From Negaprion brevirostris (taxonomy: Eukaryota): 64,000 bases of DNA. The stretch spans positions 119,839,174-119,903,173 of the forward strand of contig JARDVH010000059.1 of NCBI GenBank assembly GCA_030324005.1. The letters run 5' to 3'. Shown here piece by piece: positions 33,822-46,762 of the stretch (position 1 is the stretch's first letter; the number at the start of each line of letters is the position of its first letter). Made by a program: the position numbers and the translations under genes. The notes beneath the pieces are model-generated. The model searched no databases and had not been told where the DNA came from. It saw only the letters and a program-made list of their open reading frames with translations.

Positions 33822-36125
33822 ACGGCACAGTGGTATTACTGCAGTGGTATTGTCACTGGATGAACAATCCAGAGACCTTGGGTAATGCTCTGGAAATCCA
33901 GGTTCAAATGCGACCACAGTCGAACAAAAAACCTATTGGTGACCACGAGACCTTTGTCGTTTGTCGTGAAGACCCATCTGGTTCAATAAAGGTTCACTCC
34001 AGACCCACAGCAATGTCAAAGAACAAAGAACAACCTAGCACGGGAAACAGGCCCTTCGGCCCAATGAGCCCGCGCCGCCATCACCCTACACCTATTCTAC
34101 CCTGCGTGTCTACNNNNNNNNNNNNNNNNNNNNNNNNNNNNNNNNNNNNNNNNNNNNNNNNNNNNNNNNNNNNNNNNNNNNNNNNNNNNNNNNNNNNNNN
34201 NNNNNNNNNNNNNTCTGACCTTATTTAATAGCCCCTACCATAACCCTCCATCCTCGTTTCACTCATGTGTCTATCTAGCTGAACCTTAAATGAGTCCAAC
34301 GTTCCTGCCTCCACCTTCTCAATGCATCCTGAGACAGCCCAGCAAACCGCTCAGTGATATCAAACCCTCAAAAAGGAATGAAATCAAACAAGCAAACCAG
34401 CAGAGACTGGGGCAATGAAACAACAATTGATCCCGTTAACACTGCAAAGTTTTCCTCCCTAACATCTGGGGGCTTGGATGAAAATGGAAGAGCTGTTCCA
34501 CAGACCAGTGGGACAACAGATTATCACATTGATTACTTGACAAATTATGTTCCATGCACCAATCTACACCCAGTAGAGATGGCAGCAGAGTGATATACAA
34601 TCAGGAGAGAATTGCTCTTGGAGTTCTCAACATCAACTCTGGACCCCAAAAAGTCTCACGGTACCAGGGAAAAAGTCAGCAAAACCCCTGTGGCATCACG
34701 ACAGACTGAGCTGGTTAAATCCTAAAGGATGTAGCTGCTAGACTGGGACTGTGGCAGCTGGTGAGGGAACCAACAAGAGAGAAAACTATATTTGACCTCA
34801 ACTTCACCGACCTTTTTTGCTGCAGATATATCCATCCTGGACAGAATTGACAAAACTGACAATCACGCAGTCCTTGTGGAGACAAACCCCTGTATTTACA
34901 CACTGACAATACTCTCCATTGCGTTTTGCAGCACCACCACTGCATTAAATAAATTAGATCTCAAACAGATCTAGCAACTGGGCAGCCATGAGGTGCTGTG
35001 GACCAGCAACAGAACTGTACGCAACGACAATCCAATCTCATGAACTAACACTTCTCCCACTCGATCATTACCACCAAACCAGGGATTCAACACAGGCTCA
35101 ATGAAGAGTGCAAGAGGGTATGCCAGTCGCAGCACCATAAAAGTAGCACACCCTGAAATGTGGTGTGAACCCGTACAACCCAGGATTACTTGCATGCTAA
35201 TCAGCATAAAGAGCAAGTGATAGACAGAGCTCAGTAATTCCACAACCAACAGATCAGATCTAAGCTCTGCAGTCCTACCACATCCAGCCGTTAATGGTGG
35301 TGGTCGAGGAGGAGGCTACACAAATATCCCCATCCCCAATGACAGCCCAGCATATCAGAGCAAAAGATAAGACTGAAGCACTTGTGACAATCTTCAGCCA
35401 GAAGTGCCAAGTGGATGATCCATCTTTATCTCCTCAGCTCATCCCTCGCACCACAGATGCCAGTCTTCAGCCAATTTGATTCACTTTGCATGGTATGAAG
35501 AAACAGTAGAAGGCACTGCGTACTGCAAAGGTGATGGGCACTTACAATATTCCAGTAACAGTACTAAAGACTTGTGTTCCAGAATTTCCCACACCCCTAA
35601 CCAAGCTGTTCCTATCGAGCAATGTAGAAATTACCCAGTTACGTCCTGCACATACACAATGGGACTAATCCAACCTGGTGAATTACTGCTCCATCAGTCA
35701 ACTCTCGATCATCAGTGAAGTGATGGAAGGGGTCATCAACAGTGCTACCAAATAGACCTGCTCAGCAATAACCTATTCAGTGAGGCCCAGTTTGGGTTCG
35801 GTCAAGTTCACTCAGCTCCTGACCTCAAACATGGACAAAGGAGCTGAATTCCAGAGCTGAGGTGAGAGTGACAGCCCGGAACATCAAGACCATATTTGGC
35901 TGAGTGTGACATCAAGGAATCTAGCAAAACTGGAATCAATGGGTGTCGGGCAAACTCCCTGCTGGTTGGTGGCAAACCTGGCACTTAAGGTTGGAGGGCA
36001 TCAATCATCTCAATTCCAAGACATCTCTGCAGGAGTCCCTCAGGGTAGTGTCCTTGACCCAACCATCAGCTGCTTCATCAATGACCTTCCCTCAGTGATC
36101 AGGTAGAAGTGCGGATATCCACTGA
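33822..36125 (+). mobile_element. Decayed CR1/L2-group LINE with tRNA-like 5' head, 3'-truncated within RT
   Basis: 5' 'gcagtggtattgtcactgga..ggttcaaat'; AKDKTEALVTIFSQKCQVDD; ISAGVPQGSVLDPTISCFINDLPSVIR. Confidence 0.8.
34017..34320 (-). mobile_element. CR1 3' tail inserted in the LINE 5' region
   Basis: 'caaagaacaaagaacaacctagcacgggaaacaggcccttcggccc' is the reversed CR1 microsatellite tail. Confidence 0.8.
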
Positions 36126-36296
36126 ATGATGGAACCAGGCTGTCTCAGGATTTAAGGTTTCTACTTTAATTAAATAATTGTAGAATAATTCAGCACAAAA
36201 GAGGATATTTGATCCATTATGCATTTGTTCTTTGAAAGAACTATCCAAATCATTCTCCCATCCTTGGGGGAAAAATGTCAGAATTCTCTCCCAATG

Positions 36297-36598
36297 CTGG
36301 TGGCACAATGGTTAGCACTGCTCTGTCACAGTGCCAGAGATCCAGGTTCGATTCTCAGCTAGGATCACGATCTGCACTGCACGTTCTCTCCTATGTCTGC
36401 ATGGATTTCTTCCAGCTGCTCCGGTTTCCTTCCTCAGTCCGATGATGTGCTGCTTCGGTGCATCGGCCATGCTAAATTCTCCCTCAGTGTACTTGAACAA
36501 AGTGTCGGAGTGTGACAACAACTAAGAGATTTTCACAGTAACTTGATTGCAGTGTTTATTTAAGTCTACTTGTGACACTAATCAATAAACTTTAAACT
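36297..36598 (+). mobile_element. V-SINE with alternative tail
   Basis: Head 'ggtggcacaatggttagcactgc'; tail 'ctaaattctccctcagtgtac...cagtaacttgattgcagtg...ctacttgtgacactaatcaataaactttaaactt'. Confidence 0.88.
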
Positions 36599-36934
36599 TC
36601 ACTGGCATTTTATGAAGCTTCCTATCTCTGTGGGCTGGTAAAATTCAGCCCCCGAGGCCAGGTTAAGCCAAACCAGTAATTTATAAAGCTGTTGCACATC
36701 TTAAATGCTTTTGTATTTTATACTTCAGTTTGTGAAACGAAGGATTCTGTTTACATTTAAGTAGTACCCGACAATTTTAGTAGCATCTTAGATCTTTTGC
36801 TCTGGTCAGATCAAGTTAAACTCTCCCCAAATTGTCTGCAGCTAAAATATTAAACTGTCTTTTTAGATGTGAATTGGCTTGCTGTGTATTTTCCGCACTT
36901 TGCAATCGCTTGTCCCATTTGATGCTGGCAGCTG

Positions 36935-37262
36935 ATGTGTGCTGAAGCATTTCATTTATCCTTCTCAAGTTGTCCTGCTCCCTTCAAGTGTCTGTGTACA
37001 TACACCCTCGGGTGTCTTTGTTCCTGCACCTCCTTTCAAACTGCACCATTTAGTTGATATTACCACCCCTCATTCTTCCTAATAAAATGCGTCACTTCAC
37101 ATTTCTCTGCATTGCATTTCATCTGCCGTGTGGCTGCCCAGTTCACCAATCTGTTTCGAACCTCCTGAAGTCTGTTGCTATCCGTTTTCTTGTTCACTGC
37201 ATTTCCAAGTTTTGTGCCATCTGCTAAATTTGAAATGATGCCCCGTAGAAGTCCAGATCACT
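36935..37262 (-). mobile_element. CR1 RT fragment
   Basis: Reverse gives 'ISNLADGTKLG' (FADDTKLG) and 'WQMKCNAEKCEVTHF'. Confidence 0.82.
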
Positions 37263-39064
37263 AACACGTGTCAAAATGTTCAGTGCTCTGAAGAATGTGT
37301 GAATAATCTTGCAACAAAAAAGAAATTTGAGTGGGCTGCATTGATTTTGGCCATTGGCCAAGACGGTTGACATGCATGGTAGGGTAGTCCTCACCCTGTT
37401 CGCCACATCTATTGCAGTCCCCACTATTTTTAATGGGGTCCAGTCCTGGACAGCTGAAACACCTGTTGGTTTTGGTTGTCTTAATATGCGGGACGTCATC
37501 TCGTGAGATCCATCTGCATTGTTGAAGACAACTAGTGTGAGAAGGCCCTCTGATCAGTTCCACAGGTGGAAATACTGAAGGAGTAATTTTCATGGAGTCA
37601 GAATGCTCCTTCAGCCCACCAGGATCCCACGTTGTGTGATCATGCTTTCCCTATGTGGTGATTGCCTCTTTAAGGCAACAAGCAGAGTAAGCATCGCCTG
37701 GCTTGGATGACCAATTGGAACTCGGATGGGGTAAGTACCACACTGAGTGGGACCCTCTGAGGCAGCAGACACACGAAGCCAGGTACAGGCATGCGGCTAC
37801 TGTTTTCTGATCAAATCCTTTTTTGTATTCACAAATCAATTGAAAATGCATCGTTACACTCTGCCTACAGCTATCAGCACGATATTGGTAAGTCTGAATC
37901 TGGCAAGCTGAACCAGTAAGAAGTCTCCAAGAAGATTGCACATATCGACACAGACAGCAAGTTTTTACTGAGATGCAAGAAAGCAGACTGACTTCTTGCT
38001 GTGTTTACTCCAGTCNNNNNNNNNNNNNNNNNNNNNNNNNNNNNNNNNNNNNNNNNNNNNNNNNNNNNNNNNNNNNNNNNNNNNNNNNNNNNNCCTTTGC
38101 CAGATGACCTGTTAACCACACGTCAAAATTGACCCCTTTCAGAATAGATCAGGGCAGGCTGGTGACCAAGCGAAGGAGAATAAAGAAAAAGATGAAAGCT
38201 GGTAATGACATTTTCCAACTAGTCCAGTTGTATGAGGCACAACTGTAAAAGGGGTCTGATCATCTTGGGATGCATCTTCTTGATTCAATTTTATTTTTAT
38301 GCACTGGTTACCATTGTTCAATTTGTACGCAAATGCAAGGGGAATAGATTAGCATTTTCAAACAACAGAAATTAATTCATTGATTTTTCAATTTGGTCCA
38401 TGCATATAAAACTACCTTTTTGTAAATGAGCCAGTGTCCAATTTTCATTTCCATTGAAATCAATGCCAGGATGACTATTATAAGAATTTAGCATAATTAA
38501 AAGATTAAGCAAGACTGTGGAAAATATAAGGCAATTTAATTTTTTTAGGTAGATGTAACTGCAAATTAAGAGCAATTGTAAAGATTTTTTTTGGGAAAAG
38601 AAGAGGCTCAATCTGCAAATGAAAAGAAAGCTGAAAGGGACATTAAGAAGGCTCAGGCGGCTGATTGTAAGATGTAAATGAGAATGATAGGGATCATTTT
38701 GACTTTGGATGACCGTAAAAATGGACGATAGCAATTCAGCAGCCCGTTGAAGTCGATTGAAATGAAAATCAGGGAGATGTGAAGTGAAACAAACAGTTGA
38801 TTCAATATCACCAGATTTACACTGTCATTCAAAATCCAACTGAGCCACATGGGCTTTTATAAAGGCAAAGATGAAAAAGATGGTTAAAGAAAGAGTGAAC
38901 TTTATACATGAAGAGGGGGGGGGCATCATTTTGTATTGAAGTTTAAGGGAATGGCCAAGAGCTAAGTATGTGTGTGGCCTTAATTCTAATATATGTAAAT
39001 AAAGTGAGATTGTGTATGTACCTGTGGCTGCTGTAATAATCACCCATTTGGACTACAAATGGAA

Positions 39065-39270
39065 ATGCCCCAACTTCAATCCCAATGGCATGGATCTTAT
39101 TGCTCTGAAGGAAGTTGGGGTGGAGGAACTCAGTAAAAATCTTCCCAAAATGGAAGTTTCGTTGTGGAACAGGGGGATAGAAAATGCTAATTTTTGCTCA
39201 AATAAGGAGGGTAGGAATAAGCCAGGTATTTCTAGGCCAGTGAGTTTTATACCCATCGTGAGTAACATGC
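39065..39270 (+). mobile_element. CR1 RT fragment (very decayed)
   Basis: 'KEGRNKPGISRPVSFIPIV' approximates KGGRDKPGNYRPVSLTSVV. Confidence 0.65.
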
Positions 39271-42200
39271 CGGGGCTGGAATTTTCTCCCTCTGATTATA
39301 AGATTGGAATCAGAGTGACATGGGCCAGATGGAGGCAACTGGGACTTGCTTGATGGTAATAACTGGGTGCCACGCACAAGTTGGGTCAAAGGGCCTTTTT
39401 CCATGCTGTAAGCCACTCCAACACTCACAATATTCCGTTTAACTGGGTAGAACACTTTATCTACCTGGAAACTGGTTAGAGTCTGGGACTTGCCCTCACA
39501 CGGAGCAGTTGAGGCAAATAATACAGGGACGTGGAGGGGAAGATAGATAAGCACATGAAGATCAGTTGATTGGGTTGAATGAGAGGAGGTTTAAAAACAG
39601 CAGTAAAGATAAATTGAGCTGAACAATCAGTTTCTATGTAGTTTCCACATTTGTCACAGGCCAAGGCTACAGCCTGAGGCCAAATAAAGGAGATCAGCCT
39701 GCTGGCTCTGGCCCACAGAATTTGAGGAGGTTATAAGAATGTTTGAGAAATAATAAGATTATTTCCCGTTGGAAAACTGGCAATAAAAATTGATGGTGGC
39801 AAAAATGGGCTCAAAGCACTGCTGGTTCCAGCAGCCCTGGGCTCAGAAAATGGCACCTGTGGGTGGGGGGGATGTGGACAGGGTGGCACGGGGTTTGGGG
39901 AGGGGGAACGTGTGTATGAGAAGACCTTAGGCAGGATCCTCTCATGGTATAGGGGACCAATAAAGATGGCACACCTCCACCCTTGAATGACCACTAGCCT
40001 GGCCAGTGAGGCCGACTGGATTGGACACTTGGCCTCCCCATCACAGTTAACATTGTGGCAGTAATGGGAAGAGGCCTCTTAAAGTCACTGAATATGGACA
40101 ATTGAGGGCCTCTTCCTGTGGCCGTGAGCACTTTATCAGCAGCAGGTGGGCCGCACCCTGCATGATTCAACAGCTTGTTGAATCATGGCAGCTGTCCTTT
40201 GCGCTCGGGAGCAAGGCCTTCAGAACTGGGCACTCTTTGGACCATGCAAGGGCCTCTTGGCAGCAATTTCTGTGCCCTCACCAACCATCTCACTGCCTTC
40301 CACTTGCCAAGGCCTGCCTGACTGGCAGGCATACCCTCCCAGCTGGATGCAGTCGCAACATTGGCCCCCTTTCCTTGTGGAACTGCTGGGATTGAAGGGC
40401 TGTTTGTTCTCTAGATAGATGGGCCATGATTCTCCCATCCTGCTGCGCTAGTATTTGAACAGCAGGCCAGGAGATTGTTGTGTCGGTTGATTCGTGGGTT
40501 TGCGCGAGCGTTCACGCCCCACTTGTGTCTCCCAGCGCCGGATTTCTGATGATATCTGCTCTGCGCTGGAAATCAGTGGGGAGGTGCAAAGNNNNNNNNN
40601 NNNNNNNNNNNNNNNNNNNNNNNNNNNNNNNNNNNNNNNNNNNNNNNNNNNNNNNNNNNNNNNNNNNNNNNNNNNNNNNNNNNNNNNNNNNNNNNNNNNN
40701 NNNNNNNNNNNNNNNNNNNNNNNNNNNNNNNNNNNNNNNNNNNNNNNNNNNNNNNNNNNNNNNNNNNNNNNNNNNNNNNNNNNNNNNNNNNNNNNNNNNN
40801 NNNNNNNNNNNNNNNNNNNNNNNNNNNNNNNNNNNNNNNNNNNNNNNNNNNNNNNNNNAGGGGTTACCCCCCCCCACAATTTCAGCCTAAGGTGTGTGGA
40901 GTGACCATAAAATGGGCTTGTGGAACAGCAGCAAGTGGAATCAATTGAATAGGTTGACAGGTTGCAGACATCATTAGACATTCGGGAGAAATTCAACAAC
41001 GACTGGTGTCACGTATCAGTGTCATCAGATTGAGGGAGGAGATATAAATATGTATAAAACTTAGTTGAATAAGCCTGAGCCACAAGTGAAGAATAAGAGC
41101 AGTCATTTCGCCCATCAAGCCCATGTCTTTCATTCACCAAATTACACTTTCACCAGCACGAGTTTTATCCAAGTCGTGCATCCTCCCAAAGGTGTGACGT
41201 TGACCCACAGGGTCATTTCATGATCAACTCTTCACGCTTATGAATGGTACTCAGAGACAACTATCTTGAGATCTTGTGCGACCCTAATTTTGCATTCATT
41301 AAAATTTAAGCTCTGGGAATCCTTTCAAGTTACTATCTCGCCTTTGATATTAAATCTCACAAGGTGAGCGTTGACATCAAAGTTGTGGCTGCGTCTTGAA
41401 AGAATTCCCAAAACAGGGTTTATATTTTAAGCTTAACTTGAGTTCTATCTCAGGATCTGAACTCTGTGGCTGGAAGTTCGCATGTTCTTTTGCATCAAAA
41501 ACTATTAAAAAAATACGATTCACCCATGAACCCTGCCTCTGATCCAGCTGTGCTGTGCAAGAAATCTATTCTGGAAAGGATAATATAACCCTTTATGAAC
41601 TGACCTGATCTTTATTATATTTGCTATGTTGTATGCATTTGTTTTCATATTCAACCTACATAAGAACATAAGAAATCGGAGCATGAGTAGGCCTTCGAGC
41701 TTGCCCCGCCATTCAAAAAGATCATGTGAATAAGTTTGACTAAAAGCTTGAACCCGAAGACTTTAGTTTGATGGGGTAGAATTTTATGGTCCCTCAGTGG
41801 CAGATTTACAGGCAAGGGCCCATGGAAGTTCCTCGGGTGGCCTTCCTCCTGGCCTCCCCAGACTTATCCTCACTTTAACAAGGGGCAAGTAAGATCTAGG
41901 GTGGCCCCATTTGAGGTCTTTATGTAGCCGATCATTGGCCCCTTAAGGGCCCCTTTGCCCCGGTCTCAATTTTGAGGCTGATAAGAGGGGGTCAGGGGTA
42001 AGGGAATCTCATGGCTTGACCCAGGTTACCTGGTTGCTGGGGAGGGAGGGATGGAGCATCTCTCAAAACCCTCTTTCTAAATCCAGCTCTCTCCTTCCCC
42101 TACAGTACAGTACAGTTCTGTCTCTTCTCCTTGGCTTTCTTTTCAAAACCTCCGCCCTCCAGACCTTCCCACTGCTGGAACTAAAGAGGTACTAACCAAT

Positions 42201-42274
42201 CTTGTTGGCTGGAAGCTTTCGGAGGTGGGACTTTGATCCAAGTGAGGAGCAAGTGTGGCCAGCGATTCTAATCC

Positions 42275-42368
42275 TCGGTGTCAAGACTTCCTTTATATAA
42301 ATCTCCCGTGAAGCACCTTGGGATGTTTTACGATGTTAAAGGCACTGTACCAATACAAATGGTCGCTG
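42275..42368 (+). mobile_element. L2-type LINE 3' tail
   Basis: 'gtgaagcaccttgggatgttttacgatgttaaaggcactgtaccaatacaa'. Confidence 0.7.
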
Positions 42369-42611
42369 TTCAAGATTTTTGGGGAGCGAGTTATGTCTTT
42401 ATTCAAAATGACAAGTGAAAAAATGACAAATGAAACACGAGTCCTATTTGATGCTAAGTGCAGCGATTTCAGTAATTATCAGAAAAAGATTTTCATAGAT
42501 AAATCATTCAGATAATTTTCAGAAATTACAGTATTTGAAAACCAACTACACTTATGGATTAAGTGTCCAAATTCAGATTTGTTTCACGCAAGGATTTCCT
42601 TTTGTTCTTTT

Positions 42612-42737
42612 GGTCAGGATTTTCTGGCCCCACTGTCTCAGGTGCTGCTGTGGTGGATGTGGCGATCCAGCTAAAAGTCCATTGGCTTGGTCGGGACTGG
42701 AAGATCCCGTTAGTGGGCAGGACTGGAAAACCTAGCC
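42612..42737. mobile_element. 126-bp MITE with 3-bp TSD
   Basis: TIRs 'ggtcaggattttctgg' / 'ctggaaaacctagcc'; TTT flanks both ends. Confidence 0.7.
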
Positions 42738-45108
42738 TTTGCACTTTTTATTCTGTTGCAAATAAAACGTCATTCGTGTTTTTCACAAAATTCATCAACA
42801 CTTTTTTTTAGCGAACCCCATTTACAGTGTTTAAAAGTGTATTTTAATTGTTTTTACACAATGGAGAAAATCAACTGAAAATCATATTTTTTGGCTTTTC
42901 TTTGATATGGTGCTTAACTTTGATTGGACAGTTTTGCTTCTGTGCATTAACATTTCATTTTCCTGGAGGTTTAAAACCCTAATGCACCATCATGCCAATT
43001 TCTAGGAGACCACATTAATTTCGCAAGAAGTGAGAAATGTTCTTATTGGTTTTGCTCCACTTTGAAAATCTCAGGGGGAGGGAAGTAACTTTCAGAAATC
43101 CTGAATGTGTGTTTGTGACTTTTAATACTGGCGTACAGAAGCACTAATTAAGAACCAAATGGTCTGAATTGCAAAATGTTGCTTTTTCCACAGGAGCATT
43201 TAAACTTCCCATTGTGGGCTAATTAGATGTACACATTTGTATTGCTGAACACAAGGAAGTGTTCTTGAAAGGACTGTCAATGAGTTTAGAGAGAGGAGCC
43301 CTCGTTTACCATTTGATTAAGATGCATTGTAATGAGTTAGTCTGGCTGCTGAGACACAGGCCTGGATTTGTTCCCAAGTCATAGGCACAACTGGGAGAAT
43401 GCCTGGATCCCCAAACTTTACCTTGAAAAATGGCTGCCCAGACATTAGATTTTTGGTCTGGGGGCTGTGCTGGACTGAATTAAATTAAAAGTCGGGGTGG
43501 ATGGGCCCCACTAGAAGTGATGGATCTGCCATTTGCAGAAGCAGGGCAGGCAAAAGGCCTGTGTTGGGACTTAAGGCCTGTGTCCAAAAAAACATGAATT
43601 ATGTTTTTTAAAAAGGTAATCATAAAACATCCAATCCTCACTCCCCAAATATTCCCATGCCACATGCATGGTACCTCAAGCCCTGTACCCAGCCCCATGG
43701 TCTTTCATACCCTCCATGCCAACCTATGTTTCTATACGCACCTCATGGATCTTTCTAGCATGCCAACTTAAGTCCCTGTACCCACCCCAAAGGCACCTTA
43801 AACCTCCATGCCAACCCATGCATCCCACCCAAAACACCTTCCATATCAATTCACTCAGTATTCAACATGACTTCATCATATACAGACTTCAAAGGCTTAA
43901 AACCATCAAACTGTGAAATGGCAAGCACCCTATTGTGACGGTGATGGCTGTGACATCAGTCATGCAGCTGTAATCCTCACCCCTCAGGCTTATCTAAACA
44001 GTGAAATAACAAGCAGATTTTTTTTAAAGCACCAGGCATCTTTTTTCCAAGATTTAAAGAGCAGGAGTTTTAAATGTCTTCTCAGCTCCCTTTGATAGGT
44101 GTCTTTGACAGTTCCTCTTGATGGTGTTTATAGTTGATTTTGTCACATCTGTTGACAGTGAATGAGTTCATGCGCATTTCAATACACACTCATGCTTAAA
44201 TTTAACACTTTCAAAGGACACCTGTCTTGCACAAGGGCATCTTACCTTCTCTAAAAGTGTCCCAGGACCAGATCCAAAGGACAGTACCTTATTTCTTCAA
44301 AAAGATACTGTGGCAATCCAAACAGAACTGCAAAGCTCTGACCTGATCCCACCAGAGCTAATTGGCACACTTTGGATTTCACACCCCAAGGCTGTCAAAA
44401 TCACACTCAAGTGGGGACAGCTCCCATGCATGAAATGTGCTCTGCCCCTATTCCCAGCCCTGGGAAATTAGGAAGGCTGCATTTCCTGCTACCACAACTG
44501 CAGTGGATATATTTGTCAGACATGCAGTCGCAGTGCTTGTGAAGTCAATGGCTACNNNNNNNNNNNNNNNNNNNNNNNNNNNNNNNNNNNNNNNNNNNNN
44601 NNNNNNNNNNNNNNNNNNNNNNNNNNNNNNNNNNNNNNNNNNNNNNNNNNNNNNNNNNNNNNNNNNNNNNNNNNNNNNNNNNNNNNNNNNNNNNNNNNNN
44701 NNNNNNNNNNNNNNNNNNNNNNNAATGGCTACTGGTGGCTGCCCTAATCAAAGAATAGGTCAATCCAGAATATCAAGCAATGTAAAGAAATTTAAACAGA
44801 TGCACATCAATCAAATGTGTTTCTTTTCTTCACCATGGTCAAGGATTGCAGTTTTCACAGTGTGGTGAACCCTGAAACACCAATTTAAAAATGCTGGGAT
44901 CCTGATTGCAATTTGCACATCACCTTGTTTGTTGCCTCGCTGCCTGCCACTCAAGCCCTGGATGATGGGCAAGGCCTGGCGTATTAATTTGCTGCATCTC
45001 TCCACTGATACTGTGTCAGATTTGCTGAGTTTGTCCAGATTTTCTGCCAACAGTGACAGTGTGGGCACAGCTAAGGTGAAAATGACTAAATGACAAGGTA
45101 AATCAGGA

Positions 45109-45403
45109 AGGGCAGCACAGTGACACAATGGTTAGCACTGGTGCCTCAGAGTGCCAGGGATCTAGGTTCATCTCCAGCGTCAGGTGACTTTTTCACATTC
45201 TCCCCGTGTCTGCATAGGTTTCCTCCGAGTGCTCCAGTTTCCTCCCACAGTCCAAAGTTGGGCCGGTTCGGTGGGTTGACCAGGCTAAAAATAGTAGGGA
45301 TTAGGAGTGTAAATACATGGGTTTCTGGGGTTGGGGGCTGAGTTGTTGGTGCACGTCCCATGGGCTGAATGACCTCCTCCTGCACTGTAGGGATTCTACG
45401 ATT
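45109..45403 (+). mobile_element. HE1 V-SINE
   Basis: Head, V-domain and the tail 'ctgcactgtagggattctacga'. Confidence 0.92.
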
Positions 45404-45581
45404 ACAGTCATTGTTGTTGACTATTCATCTTTCAAATCCTGACAATTGCGGGAAGTAGGAAAGACTGAGGAATGCTGCACAGTGTGCAGTGCTCTGTTCT
45501 AGAGTGGGTGGATGTCGGAGGGGTGAGGGTGATGGCTGGGTGGTGAGGTTAAGGGGAGATTTTTGAGGCATCACTGATGTA

Positions 45582-45634
45582 ATTCATCAAATAGGAGATA
45601 CATAATCCATCATTGCTCATTGACAATTCATAAA
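45582..45634. promoter_or_regulatory. Candidate enhancer: two Pbx-Hox sites, one Meis-type site and one posterior-Hox/Cdx-type site
   Basis: TGATGAAT (45582-89, -), TGATGGAT (45605-12, -), TGACAA (45621-26), TTTATGAA (45627-34, -), all in unique sequence; motif evidence only. Confidence 0.3.
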
Positions 45635-46469
45635 GTATCCTGTTACACTGTTCAGAAAACAAAACAGAGAATTTTGAAGGGATGACAATTACGTTGGTGC
45701 TTTTTCTATCCATAAATTGGGCCTGGAATATGAAATTATTTTCCAAGCTTAAAGAGTTGAGCACCAATCTTCGACCTGGCATTTCCAACATGTGAGGAAC
45801 TTCCAGTGTTTGTAATGCATGTCAGAAATATGAGATCACTTTGTGCGAGTGTTTTCATAATTTAAAATAAAGATGAGAAATCACGGTCAATGTTTCAGGA
45901 ACAACATATGTTCCTGAAAAAAATGAGAAAGGTTGCCCTTCAGTTAGAATGTATTTGATACACTGTTTATAAAATTCGATTAGCTCTCAATCCATTTTAC
46001 TGGGCAAGACGACACACCAACATAATTTTACGGAAAAATTATATGAAGGTAAGCTCATTAACATTTATCTTCAGTAACCAAACTACTGTGAACAACTGAA
46101 TGGGGAAGTTATGTTTAATCCCAGTGAATGGAATTGCACTTTAGATCAATATTTGCACTTGGACCACCTACCAACATTAATTTTACCAAAATGAATGAAA
46201 CTCATTAAAAACAATTAACAGACAAAAGCAGCATTCAGATAAAGTATAACAGGAAAGAACAGTTAATGGTCTTGAAGGATTGGATGTGCAGAACTATTGT
46301 TAAAGCAAATTCTGAGAAATCAGTAAAATACTCCATTATGAAAGTTAACCTTAATATTTGCTATTTCTCCATATTGTTCTTGATATTTGAAGCATAAACA
46401 CAGGAAGTTTCACTGAACGTTTTCCGATTATCCAGTTTGGATAAACGACTGCATGTTTTTTAGGATCAA

Positions 46470-46762
46470 AGAACTCCTACAGTACAGAAGGAGAGCACGC
46501 GCCCCACCGAGCCTGCACCGACAGCAGCCCGACCCAAGCCTTATCCCTGTAACCCCATGTATTTACCCTGACAATCCCCCTGACACGAAGAGGCAGTTTA
46601 GCATGGCCAATCAATCGAACGCGCACATCTTTGGATTGTGGGAGGAAACCCATGCAGACACAGGGAGAATGTGCAAACTCCACACAGGCAGTGACCCAAT
46701 TGTCCCTGGGTCCCTGGCACTGTGAGGTAGCAGTGCAAACCACTGTGACACCACGCCACCCG
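46470..46762 (-). mobile_element. HE1 V-SINE
   Basis: Reversed tail, V-domain and head. Confidence 0.92.
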
